Positions 18,010-27,104 of a stretch of 64,000 nt of DNA are shown one piece after another. The DNA lies in IMG/VR virus record IMGVR_UViG_3300028394_002328, positions 124,001-188,000 of that record. One strand, 5' to 3'. The notes below the pieces were generated by a model. That model had not been told where the DNA came from and did no database searches. It saw nothing but the letters and a program-made list of their open reading frames with translations. Position 1 is the first letter of the stretch; the number at the start of each line of letters is the position of its first letter. A program made the translations under genes and the position numbers.

Positions 18010-20529
18010 ATGGCACAACCAATTTGGACTACACCAGCAGGAACTTTAGGAACTTTCCCATCGGGAATTTCTACTATTACGCAATTAATAGCCACACCAG
18101 TGGCTCCTGCCACCAGTGTAACTTATACATTACTAAGTGCTATTTTACCGGCAGGATTATCAATTGATATCCTAGGAACAATCTACGGTACACCTTCATT
18201 AGTAACACAAGAAACTACATCAACTTTTACTATAAGAGCCACTGATAATTTAGGAAACATAAGAGATAGAACATTTTCAATGACTATCTCTGGCACTGCA
18301 ATACCATCTTTTGTCACCCCATCTGGTAGTATTTTAACGTCAAACGACAGTGTGTGGATAGAACTTCAAATTGAATATGCTAATCCTGATTCAGAGAATC
18401 CTGTAACTATTTCATTGATAGAGGGAGCGCTGCCCGTAGGACTAGAAATTAATCAAACTGGATTAATAAGAGGATATGCTGAACCACCTACAGCGTCAGT
18501 GACATTACCTGAAGTTGTTACAGCGGCAACTGTAACAGAAACTACTAATATAATTACATGTTTAACTACAACAGGATTCGCTCTTGGTAGACCAGTCGTG
18601 TTTACCGGGGCCTCGGTATTTGGTGGTTTAGAAGCAGGTATTACTTATTATATTAAAAGTATCATAGATAGTACTACTTTTACAATAAGTACTACTCAAA
18701 ACGGTCCTACATTAGCGCTTGCTAGTGGTACAGGATTTATGACAGTTACATTGCCTACACTTTCAATTGGACAACCAACTATTAGGTCATATGTTTTTAC
18801 ATTAACATTAAACAGTCCATTAGGAGGAGATTCAGGGTCATATAGTATGACTATCATAAATCAGAATACTCCCATAAGTCAAGGTGGTCCAGGCTTTCCT
18901 GCAAATAGCAGAACACCTACAATATATAATACTAGACCACAATCATTTAACATAACTGATGCTGATCCATATTATGGATATTATGTATTACCGCCGATAG
19001 ATAGTGGATATAATGATACATATCCCCCAAGTTCACTGGCATTTATTGGAACTATCCAAAGTGATAATTATTTTGCATTTAAGATAATTGGACATGATTT
19101 TGATGGCAATGGTATTACTTATGTATACTCAGAGTTACCATCTGCACTTACCGGTGACAGTGCAACAGGTTGGATAACAGGTACTCCTTCGATATCAACT
19201 GAAGGTATTAACCAATTTAATTTTGGTGTTGCTGTTTATAAAACAGCCAACCCAACAATACAAACACCCTTTTTTAACTTCTCATTTAATTTAGCAAATG
19301 CAATAACAGGTGTTATTACATGGGTTACTCCTAGTAATTTAGGAACTATTTTTAATGGTACTGTAAGTACAAAAGGTGTATCAGCGACAGCAGATGTTGC
19401 ATTACAATTTAGGGTTATAGACGGGGAATTGCCCCCGAATTTAACACTTTTGTCTAATGGACAAATAACTGGGTATGTAGCAGATCAACCTACCGCTAAT
19501 TTATTAGAACAAGGTGATAACACAGTATTTACCTTTACAATACAAGCATACTCACCAATTTATCCTATAGTATTTTCTAATAGAACCTTTACATTAACTG
19601 TATTGCAAGAATTTAGTCAACCTACTGATACATTGTACATAAAAGCTACTCCTAGTATACAAGATAGAGTTATGATTGATTCTTTATTGAATGATGATAC
19701 ACTAATACCTTATGATTTATTATATCGTCCCAATGACATTTATTTTGGTAAAGCATCTAGTGTAATTTACGAACACGCATATGGTATATATGCTAGTGAT
19801 GTAGCTGAGTACATTGCGGCTGTAACTAGAAATCATTATTGGAGGAACATTACATTAGGCGAATTAAAAACTGCCATTGCAAGAGATGAGAATGGTAATA
19901 TAATTTATGAAGTAGTGTATAGTCAAGTTATAGATAATTTAGTTAACCCTAAGGGTGTTAGTGTGGCAAGTTCAATATATTGGCCAGTATTAATTGATTT
20001 AGGTCAAGGTCCATGGTATACTAGTGTAACAAATGTGTTTACCAGCTATGAAGATATATTAGGACAACTGTACTATACCAGCTTAACTCCAGGATACGCC
20101 CGTACATTATATCCAAATAGTTTATATAATATGCGTAACCGAGTAGCACAAGTATTGGGGCAAGAATATGATAGTAGATTGTTACCATTATGGATGACTA
20201 GTCAACAAATAGATGGTAGTACATTGGGGTATACTCAAGCTTGGGTAATATGTTATACTCAACCGGGTGGTGCAGAAATTATAAAAAATAATATTAATAA
20301 TAATTGGACACAGGCTGATGGTTTGCCATATACATTAAATATGATTAATTTTAGAATTGATAGATTTAGTGTAGACAAGAGTATGACATATAACTATGAT
20401 AATAGGTTAGTACCGCCCACGTGGACTGGTTTACCTAGTGGAACACCTGTTCCCGATCCTGTTGATAGTAAAGATTTTTATGTACTATTCCCCCGTCAAA
20501 CAATTTTACCTGACGAATCTCAGTACTAA
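18010..20529 (+). CDS. Virion structural protein with putative-Ig (He_PIG-like) repeats, probable baseplate component
   Basis: Repeated W.TP.G.LG..LP.GL.I...G.I.GTP...FTIRATD units; small beta module (TGFALGRPVVF..TYYIKS..TTFTIS) shared with the next gene. Confidence 0.7.
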   Translation: MAQPIWTTPAGTLGTFPSGISTITQLIATPVAPATSVTYTLLSAILPAGLSIDILGTIYGTPSLVTQETTSTFTIRATDNLGNIRDRTFSMTISGTAIPSFVTPSGSILTSNDSVWIELQIEYANPDSENPVTISLIEGALPVGLEINQTGLIRGYAEPPTASVTLPEVVTAATVTETTNIITCLTTTGFALGRPVVFTGASVFGGLEAGITYYIKSIIDSTTFTISTTQNGPTLALASGTGFMTVTLPTLSIGQPTIRSYVFTLTLNSPLGGDSGSYSMTIINQNTPISQGGPGFPANSRTPTIYNTRPQSFNITDADPYYGYYVLPPIDSGYNDTYPPSSLAFIGTIQSDNYFAFKIIGHDFDGNGITYVYSELPSALTGDSATGWITGTPSISTEGINQFNFGVAVYKTANPTIQTPFFNFSFNLANAITGVITWVTPSNLGTIFNGTVSTKGVSATADVALQFRVIDGELPPNLTLLSNGQITGYVADQPTANLLEQGDNTVFTFTIQAYSPIYPIVFSNRTFTLTVLQEFSQPTDTLYIKATPSIQDRVMIDSLLNDDTLIPYDLLYRPNDIYFGKASSVIYEHAYGIYASDVAEYIAAVTRNHYWRNITLGELKTAIARDENGNIIYEVVYSQVIDNLVNPKGVSVASSIYWPVLIDLGQGPWYTSVTNVFTSYEDILGQLYYTSLTPGYARTLYPNSLYNMRNRVAQVLGQEYDSRLLPLWMTSQQIDGSTLGYTQAWVICYTQPGGAEIIKNNINNNWTQADGLPYTLNMINFRIDRFSVDKSMTYNYDNRLVPPTWTGLPSGTPVPDPVDSKDFYVLFPRQTILPDESQY

Positions 20530-20532
20530 ATA
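20527..20532 (+). promoter_or_regulatory. Late promoter core overlapping stop codon
   Basis: TAAATA built on the TAA stop at 20527-20529. Confidence 0.55.
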
Positions 20533-20549
20533 CTATATGGAAATGAATT

Positions 20550-21824
20550 ATGAGTAGCGCAATTAATACAAACGGAATAGATGTTAATTATCCTACACCC
20601 GGGCAGAATAATAGTAGCCAAGGGTTTAGGAATAATTTCAATGCTATAAAAACTAATATTGATACCGCCGGTACGGAGATCACTGATTTACAAAACAAAG
20701 TTGTTGTCAAGTCCGCATTAAATAATACCACTGTAGACAATAACATGGCTAATACTTTGATTAGCAATGCCAGTACGAGAAGTTTTAGAGCAACTACTTT
20801 TAATTTGGGCAATAGCTTATCCGGCACAGTATTAGTTGATGTTTCATTAGGTGACGTACAATATGGTACTGTTACGGCTAATACTACCTTTCAATTTGGT
20901 AACTGGGCTCCTACTGGCACTCAGAGTAATGTTCAATTACAATTGGCAATTAGTAATGCAAATGCGGTAATCACTTGGCCTAGCGAAGTAGTAGTATCAA
21001 ATAACAATTTTGGTTTAACTAGTTTAGAAAATTATATTATTGGTACTTCAAATATTACTACCCCTTATAATGTATCTCAACTAGATTACAGATTAAGTAG
21101 TTTAGATTGCGGTAATACTATTACAATTGAACCATATAATAGACCAAGACAATCTACACAAATTCAACAAAGAAGTCCAGCACCAACTGGATTTCAAGGT
21201 GATGTAGCAGGAACAGTAGCAGTTGATCCTAGCGTTAATCAATTAACAATCACCGTTGCTAATACAGACCCATATCTTACAACTTCAGGCAATACTACAC
21301 AACTATATACTGATTTACCAATAGTATTTACCGGTACTTCACTTGCAGGTAATATCGTAGTAGGAACAACATATTATGTAAGAAATGTAGTGTCTAGTAC
21401 TACATTTACTGTGTCATCATCTATCGGTGGGGCTAATATTGCAATTGGGGCAAATGCTTCAGGCACTACAATGTTTGCTAATCCTGCAAGATACTTGTAT
21501 GTATCTACTGATGATTATAATTCTACAGTTTATAATAAAAATGTTGCAAACACTACAGTGACAACCAATGTGATAACATTAAACAATACCACTAGTCTAG
21601 TAGTTAATGCTCCAATCATTTTTACAGCAAATATTGCAGAAATAGTTGCAAATACAGTCTATTATATTAAAACTATATCTAGCCCGAATATAACTATTAG
21701 TCAATCTAGGACAAATGGTGTAGCAGGTACAACATTAACATTAAGTTCTAATGCTACTGCTACAACTGCTAACATATATGTAGGGTCTGATATTTGGCGA
21801 AGAATTCCTCTTAATTCATGGTAA
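20550..21824 (+). CDS. Virion structural protein
   Basis: N-terminal YP.PGQNNSSQGFRNNF.AIK coiled-coil anchor; two copies of the PIVFT..T.YY...TFT.S module; ends IWRRIPLNSW. Confidence 0.7.
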   Translation: MSSAINTNGIDVNYPTPGQNNSSQGFRNNFNAIKTNIDTAGTEITDLQNKVVVKSALNNTTVDNNMANTLISNASTRSFRATTFNLGNSLSGTVLVDVSLGDVQYGTVTANTTFQFGNWAPTGTQSNVQLQLAISNANAVITWPSEVVVSNNNFGLTSLENYIIGTSNITTPYNVSQLDYRLSSLDCGNTITIEPYNRPRQSTQIQQRSPAPTGFQGDVAGTVAVDPSVNQLTITVANTDPYLTTSGNTTQLYTDLPIVFTGTSLAGNIVVGTTYYVRNVVSSTTFTVSSSIGGANIAIGANASGTTMFANPARYLYVSTDDYNSTVYNKNVANTTVTTNVITLNNTTSLVVNAPIIFTANIAEIVANTVYYIKTISSPNITISQSRTNGVAGTTLTLSSNATATTANIYVGSDIWRRIPLNSW

Positions 21825-21828
21825 TTAA

Positions 21829-22065
21829 ATGCATCCATTCATAACTGATTTATCTGATAAAAAACTAGAAGACTTACAAACTACGATATCTGATCTCACT
21901 GGAAAATTAAATTTTGCTTATAGGACTGGAAATGGTCCATTAATTCATCAATTACAAATGGCAATCGGTAGTTATAAAGATGAATACCAAAAGAAAATGG
22001 ATGATCTCATAAAAAAACAAAATATTAGTTCAAAGATTGATATAAAGAAACAAAATGAGCGCTAG
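21829..22065 (+). CDS. Small hypothetical coiled-coil protein
   Basis: In-operon ORF overlapping the next start. Confidence 0.7.
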   Translation: MHPFITDLSDKKLEDLQTTISDLTGKLNFAYRTGNGPLIHQLQMAIGSYKDEYQKKMDDLIKKQNISSKIDIKKQNER

Positions 22066-22654
22066 AGTATCAAAAGATTTTGCCTTTCAAGCAGGATTAT
22101 ATTATGAAAATAAATTCCTAATTAATACCTATAATATTAGGCTTTATATGGAAGTAACGGTTGAAGATATATCAATACAAAATATCGCACTAGACCGTAT
22201 TAAGCATTTGTTTATCAATGGATTAGACAATTGTATTTTTGTACATGAAACTAATAAAACTGTAATTGAAAATTATATTAAAGCAGGATTAAGAGTTTGT
22301 ACATTGCCCGAAGAACCATATGATCAGATAATAGCTTTGGTGTTATTAAAAAAGATTAATACTATTACTGACAGTAAATTATATGTCACACAAATAAAAA
22401 TTTCATCATTAATATCCGATGATGTAGAGTTTTATGTTACCCATGATGAACATGTTGATTTTTGGAATAGAAATGTTTCTTGGTGGAATAATTCTGGACC
22501 CTGTATTACAGATTGGGCAAAGAAATTAAACAAAAAAGACAAAATAGTTGAACTTAAAAAAGATACCAATGATTGGATCGATTTGGGATTAGCTTGGAAG
22601 CAAAAAGACAGTTCTACTGACAACGAGATTGTTTTCTTGAATTTGGACAAGTAA
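22055..22654 (+). CDS. Hypothetical protein, faint QueD/T-fold resemblance
   Basis: LDNCIFV and PEEPYDQIIALVL echo QueD LDH.FL and .PTAENIA..; catalytic His residues absent. Confidence 0.55.
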   Translation: MSARVSKDFAFQAGLYYENKFLINTYNIRLYMEVTVEDISIQNIALDRIKHLFINGLDNCIFVHETNKTVIENYIKAGLRVCTLPEEPYDQIIALVLLKKINTITDSKLYVTQIKISSLISDDVEFYVTHDEHVDFWNRNVSWWNNSGPCITDWAKKLNKKDKIVELKKDTNDWIDLGLAWKQKDSSTDNEIVFLNLDK

Positions 22655-22657
22655 CTC

Positions 22658-22686
22658 TTGATATTTACCTTAAGAGGTGTTACAAT
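22658..22686 (+). promoter_or_regulatory. Sigma70-type promoter for the dnaE fragment
   Basis: TTGATA-N17-TACAAT with extended TG; ATG 5 nt downstream at 22692. Confidence 0.7.
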
Positions 22687-22691
22687 CAGTT

Positions 22692-23198
22692 ATGAAAACA
22701 GATTTGTACGGGCAGCAAATTTACACAGAAAGTGATATCTGTGAAATATATTTGAGGGACCCTGTACGAAAACTAAAACAAGTTTTGGTAGAAAAACCCA
22801 TACAGTTTTCAGATATATTAGATTTGTCTGATGTACCACATACTACAGTCTATTCCGATCCTAAATTAACTATTGAAGAATTTGACAATAGGTTACAAAA
22901 TAATTGGTTAATGCCCGAAGAGTATAAGAATTTTGACATTGCCAAATATGTATTAGACTTGTGTAAAAACGATGAAGAACTACAAAGAGTTGGTGAAGAA
23001 TTAATATTATTCCAAGAACGGGAAATGTTTGATTTGTTACGCTATCTCAAGTATTTTGTAGATACTATGAGAGCAAATAATATAGTATGGGGCGTGGGTA
23101 GAGGTAGTAGTGTAGCCAGTTTTGTACTATTTTTGTTAGGAGTTCACCGTATTAATTCATTATATTATGATTTATCAATTGATGAATTCTTAAAATAA
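22692..23198 (+). CDS. dnaE (fragment): DNA polymerase III alpha (DnaE) fragment, stand-alone palm/thumb piece
   Basis: RVGEELILF..LRYLKYFVDTMRANNIVWGVGRGSSVASFVLFLLGVHRINSLYYDLSIDEFLK corresponds to DnaE GPGRGS..GSLVAYAL.IT..DP..DLLFERFL. The ATG at 22692 is preferred because the track start at 22677 lies inside the promoter. Confidence 0.85.
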   Translation: MKTDLYGQQIYTESDICEIYLRDPVRKLKQVLVEKPIQFSDILDLSDVPHTTVYSDPKLTIEEFDNRLQNNWLMPEEYKNFDIAKYVLDLCKNDEELQRVGEELILFQEREMFDLLRYLKYFVDTMRANNIVWGVGRGSSVASFVLFLLGVHRINSLYYDLSIDEFLK

Positions 23199-23201
23199 AT
23201 A
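23196..23201 (+). promoter_or_regulatory. Late promoter core overlapping stop codon
   Basis: TAAATA on the TAA stop, followed by SD AGGAG. Confidence 0.55.
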
Positions 23202-23222
23202 TTCTATATAAGGAGTTTCATT

Positions 23223-23645
23223 ATGAAATATAAAACAGCAATGGGAAAAGTAGTAGACATGGGAGCATTGGCTGCTAAAAACGAAAAGGCAAGAGCAGTT
23301 GGTAATATGAAAGTTAATGCTCGCGGTGACACAATTGATTCTACTGGAAAGGTAATCAAAAGCGCTACTAATAGAGTTAACGAAAACTATGCAAAAACTG
23401 TAGGTAACCGTTCAGCCAATGTAGTTAGAAAACCATCTCAGCCCATTGAAAGAAACAAGGTCAAACCTGACGTAGTTAAAGAAGAATTAACCACATTTGA
23501 AAAAGAACTTGAGGCTGAGTTTGAAGATGATTTAGAAGTTGAAGAAATTAAGGCTTTAGAAGTCAAAGAAAGTAAAGTGGAAGTTAAAGAAATTAAATCA
23601 AAGGAGATTAATAGTAAAAATGGCAATACAACCACACAAGATTAA
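23223..23645 (+). CDS. Hypothetical protein (basic N-terminus, acidic C-terminus)
   Basis: Strong SD AGGAG; G..VDM.AL..KNE..RAVGNM.VNARGD motif. Confidence 0.75.
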   Translation: MKYKTAMGKVVDMGALAAKNEKARAVGNMKVNARGDTIDSTGKVIKSATNRVNENYAKTVGNRSANVVRKPSQPIERNKVKPDVVKEELTTFEKELEAEFEDDLEVEEIKALEVKESKVEVKEIKSKEINSKNGNTTTQD

Positions 23646-23973
23646 TAATTTACGAGCCTTGCATGATGCAGTTATTGTGTCAGACATGGCATTTGATGAG
23701 CGTATCAGTGCAGGTGGAATTATTATTCCCAATGATGATATGAAAAATTCAGGTATCAGACCTCGTTGGGGTCGTGTATATGCGATTGGACCTGAACAAA
23801 AAGATGTTCAAGTTGGTCAATATATTTTAATTAGCCACGGTCGTTGGACTCGCGGTATTAAAATTGAAGATAGTTCAGGTGAACTTACTATCCGTAAAGT
23901 AGATAACAATGATATTTTAATGGTTAGTGACGAACCTGTGCTAGATCATACTATGGGTGATAAGGTAATCTAA
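23620..23973 (+). CDS. groES: Co-chaperonin GroES/Cpn10 (T4 gp31 analogue)
   Basis: LRALHDAVIV, E.ISAGGIIIP, WGRVYAIGP, VQVGQYIL, DNNDIL. Confidence 0.9.
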   Translation: MAIQPHKINNLRALHDAVIVSDMAFDERISAGGIIIPNDDMKNSGIRPRWGRVYAIGPEQKDVQVGQYILISHGRWTRGIKIEDSSGELTIRKVDNNDILMVSDEPVLDHTMGDKVI

Positions 23974-24267
23974 ATGCAATTTATTATTCGTTGGCTTAAC
24001 AAAAAATTCAATAGTTCTTTGAAAGATGCTAGTGTTGGAGAAGTTTATGCAAACCAAACTATTGCTGGTTCACCCAAGACCTCTAACCTAAATTCATTTG
24101 GCATGAACTTCACTGTGTATAAAGCAAATGGTGGATTCATCGTTGAATACCATCAATACGATAGACACCGTGACCGTAGCGAAAATAAATTACATATTGT
24201 TACTGAGGATAAAGACCTTGGTGAAGAGTTAGGTAAGATTATTAGTTTTGAAACATTAAGGAGTTAA
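23974..24267 (+). CDS. Hypothetical protein
   Basis: Abuts groES; F.VY.ANGG.IVE..YD...DR...LH.. motif. Confidence 0.7.
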   Translation: MQFIIRWLNKKFNSSLKDASVGEVYANQTIAGSPKTSNLNSFGMNFTVYKANGGFIVEYHQYDRHRDRSENKLHIVTEDKDLGEELGKIISFETLRS

Positions 24268-24269
24268 TT

Positions 24270-24947
24270 ATGTTTTATACCCCTAGAGTTTATCCAGACG
24301 CTACTACAATCAATACAGCAATGGCTGGTGTTTATAAGAACATGAGTCTTGCTGTTTTGGTCAGTATGCTTGTTAGTTATTTTGTTGGTACATCACCCCA
24401 ATTACTAGCATTTTTCTTTACTGGTGTAATGAAATGGATCGTGATGTTTTCACCTCTCATTGCTATTTTTGCGATTACTTTTGTACTATCTCGTAGCCCA
24501 TCTAGGGAAGTAGCATTTCTTATGCTATATGGATTTGCCGCCCTTATGGGACTAAGTTTTGCTACCATTTTTGCTGTGTTTCAAATGGGTAGTATCATTA
24601 CTGCATTTATGGGTGCGGCAGTACTATTTGGTGTTATGAGTTTTTATGGATATTTCACGAAGACAAACCTTGATAGTATGGGTCAGTTTATGTTTGTTGG
24701 CCTTATTGCTATTATCATTGCCAGTATCATTAATATTTTTATTGGTAGTACTGTATTTCAAATGGTAATCTCAGCACTTGCTATCATCATCTTTTTGAGT
24801 TTGACTGCGTATGATACCCAAAAGATTAGAGAAATGCTGTTTTATGATGAAACTGGGACAGCAGAAGTCACGGGAGCCTTGACTTTATACCTAGATTTCA
24901 TTAATATCTTCTTGTCGTTACTTCAATTATTTGGTGAGAAAAAATGA
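24270..24947 (+). CDS. yccA: BAX inhibitor-1/YccA (TMBIM) family membrane protein
   Basis: About 7 hydrophobic segments; VY..M, AF..AA..F..MS.YG..TK..L, LTAYDTQKI, GALTLYLDFINIFLSLLQL. Confidence 0.92.
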   Translation: MFYTPRVYPDATTINTAMAGVYKNMSLAVLVSMLVSYFVGTSPQLLAFFFTGVMKWIVMFSPLIAIFAITFVLSRSPSREVAFLMLYGFAALMGLSFATIFAVFQMGSIITAFMGAAVLFGVMSFYGYFTKTNLDSMGQFMFVGLIAIIIASIINIFIGSTVFQMVISALAIIIFLSLTAYDTQKIREMLFYDETGTAEVTGALTLYLDFINIFLSLLQLFGEKK

Positions 24948-25870
24948 AAAATAGGCTTTGGGTTGAGAAATTTCGTCCCACAAATGTAGATGAATATGTG
25001 TTTACTGATGACCGACTGAAAAGTCAGGTCAAGCAATGGATTAGTGAAGGATCTATTCCCCATCTTTTATTAAGTGGGGATCCAGGTACAGGTAAGACTA
25101 CACTTGCTAAGGTTCTTATTAAAGAACTAGGTGTGGAAGAGTATGATGTACTAGAAATCAATGCCAGCCGTGAAAATGGTATTGATAATATGCGTGAAAA
25201 AATCAATGGCTTTGTTCAAACAATGCCTTTTGGTAAATTCAAAATCGTTCTACTAGATGAGGCTGATTATCTAACTCAGCCAAGTCAGGCAGCATTGCGC
25301 GGTGATATGGAAACATATCATATGACTGTTAGGTATATCTTAACTTGTAACTATGAGCATAAGATTATCCCTGCATTGCGTAATAGCAGGTGTCATAAGA
25401 TTCATATCGCAAAACCTGATATGAATGAGTTTACTGCTAGGGCCGCAACTGTTCTTGTTACTGAGGGCGTAGAGTTTGACTTAGATACACTAGATAACTA
25501 TATTCGTGGAACTTATCCTGATCTTAGGCGTTGTCTAAACCAACTTCAAGTAAACAGTAATACAGGTAAACTCATTTCTAATGTAGATACTAATTCAAGT
25601 GAAGATTCTATTCTAGTTGAAGCCGCACAATTGTTTAAAAGTGGTAAAATTATAGAAGGTCGTCAACAACTGCTACATTATATTGCGTTGTATCCAACAC
25701 GCATTGAAGATACATATAAATGGATGTACGACAATCTTGACCTTTGGGGCACAACTAATGAACGGCGTGATGCTAATATTATAATCATTCGCAATGGTCT
25801 TGCCAATCTACCATTGGTAGGTATTCCTGAAATTTCATTAGCAGCAACTTTGGCAGAATTGTCATTATGA
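24944..25870 (+). CDS. gp44: Sliding clamp loader AAA+ subunit (T4 gp44/RFC-small-like)
   Basis: LWVEKFRP, PHLLLSGDPGTGKTT, EINASRENG, KIVLLDEADYLT..QAALR, ILTCNY, PDLRR. Confidence 0.95.
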   Translation: MKNRLWVEKFRPTNVDEYVFTDDRLKSQVKQWISEGSIPHLLLSGDPGTGKTTLAKVLIKELGVEEYDVLEINASRENGIDNMREKINGFVQTMPFGKFKIVLLDEADYLTQPSQAALRGDMETYHMTVRYILTCNYEHKIIPALRNSRCHKIHIAKPDMNEFTARAATVLVTEGVEFDLDTLDNYIRGTYPDLRRCLNQLQVNSNTGKLISNVDTNSSEDSILVEAAQLFKSGKIIEGRQQLLHYIALYPTRIEDTYKWMYDNLDLWGTTNERRDANIIIIRNGLANLPLVGIPEISLAATLAELSL

Positions 25871-26133
25871 GATATTTGTTTATACAATTTATAAGAAAGC
25901 CTAACGGTCAAATTGACGAGGCTGTATCCATGTCTAGGCGTGTAAAATTAACCGATCAACAGTTAATGAATGTTATTTTAGACTATGCCGAAAAGAAAGT
26001 CTTAAAATGCGTTATTGAAGGAAAGGTTGTAGATACAGATTGGGACAGGATGAATGATTATTATAAAAAAATTTATCCAGCATTGATTGGGCAGCTAGAG
26101 AAAGAAGCCCATATAACAGCTAAAGAAAAGTAA
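25867..26133 (+). CDS. Hypothetical protein
   Basis: ATGA overlap with the clamp loader stop. Confidence 0.7.
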   Translation: MRYLFIQFIRKPNGQIDEAVSMSRRVKLTDQQLMNVILDYAEKKVLKCVIEGKVVDTDWDRMNDYYKKIYPALIGQLEKEAHITAKEK

Positions 26134-26158
26134 AAACGGGGCCTAGGCCCCGTTTTTT
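26132..26158. terminator. Bidirectional rho-independent terminator
   Basis: AAAAACGGGGC-CTAG-GCCCCGTTTTT between convergent genes; A-run and T-run on either side. Confidence 0.92.
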
Positions 26159-26936
26159 ATGAGTACAACTTTAAGACATGTTCAATAATTTTATGTCTTT
26201 GTACGTCACGCACATCAAATTTACAAGATGTTAGACCTGGAACTTGATACTGTCCCAGTCTATCTATTAGATCCATAAGACCATTTTGTGAAGTTTTTCT
26301 GTCTGCTTGTTCAATATCTCCTGTGATTATTAATTTACTGCCAACTCCGATTCTTGTCATAATCATCTTTAGTTGACTAGGTGTGGCATTTTGTGCTTCA
26401 TCTAGAATAATATAGCTATGTTTGAAGTTTCTACCTCTACAAAATGCTAGTGGTGCTATCTCAATGATTTGTTCGTCTAGCATTTGGGCTATTTCTTTAA
26501 CTGAATAATATTCTTTTAAAACATCAAGTAATGGACGAGTCCAAGGTTCCATTTTGGCATTTAAGTCGCCAGGCAAGAAGCCATGTTTTTCGTCATCAAC
26601 GCCGACCGCGGGTCTGGTTAAAATAATTTGTTCGCAGACACCTTCTCTCATAGCCTTAATAGCGGCTAACATTCCAAGATAAGTTTTGCCCGTACCTGCA
26701 GGTCCTGAAACTACGACTATATCGGTTTCATCATCTAGGAGGGCCATCATGTATTTTTCTTGGTTTTGAGACTTTGGAATCAATTCAACAGCTTTCCGTT
26801 TGGCTCGGGGTTGAGCTTGGCTGAAGTCTATTGTTTTAGATTGATTCATGTAGAATGTTTTCACTTCGTTTCTGTTTTGTTGTATTTGTCTAGGATCTTC
26901 TTTACTGCGTAACGCACTAGTTTTTCTTTTACTCAA
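26157..26936 (-). CDS. phoH: PhoH family ATPase
   Basis: SGPAGTGKT, LTRPAV, GFLPGDL..KM.PW..P, PLAFCRGRNF, ILDEAQN, GD..QAD, DVQRH. TTG at 26936 has SD AAAGGAGA, so it is preferred over the track start at 26978. Confidence 0.95.
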   Translation of the reverse strand: MSKRKTSALRSKEDPRQIQQNRNEVKTFYMNQSKTIDFSQAQPRAKRKAVELIPKSQNQEKYMMALLDDETDIVVVSGPAGTGKTYLGMLAAIKAMREGVCEQIILTRPAVGVDDEKHGFLPGDLNAKMEPWTRPLLDVLKEYYSVKEIAQMLDEQIIEIAPLAFCRGRNFKHSYIILDEAQNATPSQLKMIMTRIGVGSKLIITGDIEQADRKTSQNGLMDLIDRLGQYQVPGLTSCKFDVRDVQRHKIIEHVLKLYS

Positions 26937-26981
26937 CTTGATCTCCTTTGTTAGAGCTAAGAATGTAATCACATTCAAAAG

Positions 26982-26987
26982 TATTTA
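26982..26987 (-). promoter_or_regulatory. Possible late promoter core for phoH
   Basis: TAAATA on the minus strand 46 nt upstream of the TTG start. Confidence 0.4.
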
Positions 26988-27091
26988 AAGATTGTTCAGG
27001 TATGATATAACGTACTAGGTAAACACAGAGATAATTGATAAATATTAGGCTCAACATATTTTTTTGATTCTACATAAATATATTCCTCTAA

Positions 27092-27104
27092 GATAAATAC
27101 TAGA
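27092..27104 (+). promoter_or_regulatory. Late promoter, extended GATAAATACTAGA copy 3 (last A is the A of ATG)
   Basis: Further TAAATA cores at about 27039 and 27075 in the same intergenic region. Confidence 0.7.

Noticed and set aside
20537-20557. Six-codon ORF (MEMNYE*) 4 nt after TAAATA, overlapping the start of 20550
   Set aside because: Fits the leaderless geometry but is too short to distinguish from chance; noted only.
22692-23645. Intein-split or frameshifted dnaE continuing into the next ORF
   Set aside because: No intein N-terminal motif; the next ORF has its own SD and no PDxD or other DnaE motif.
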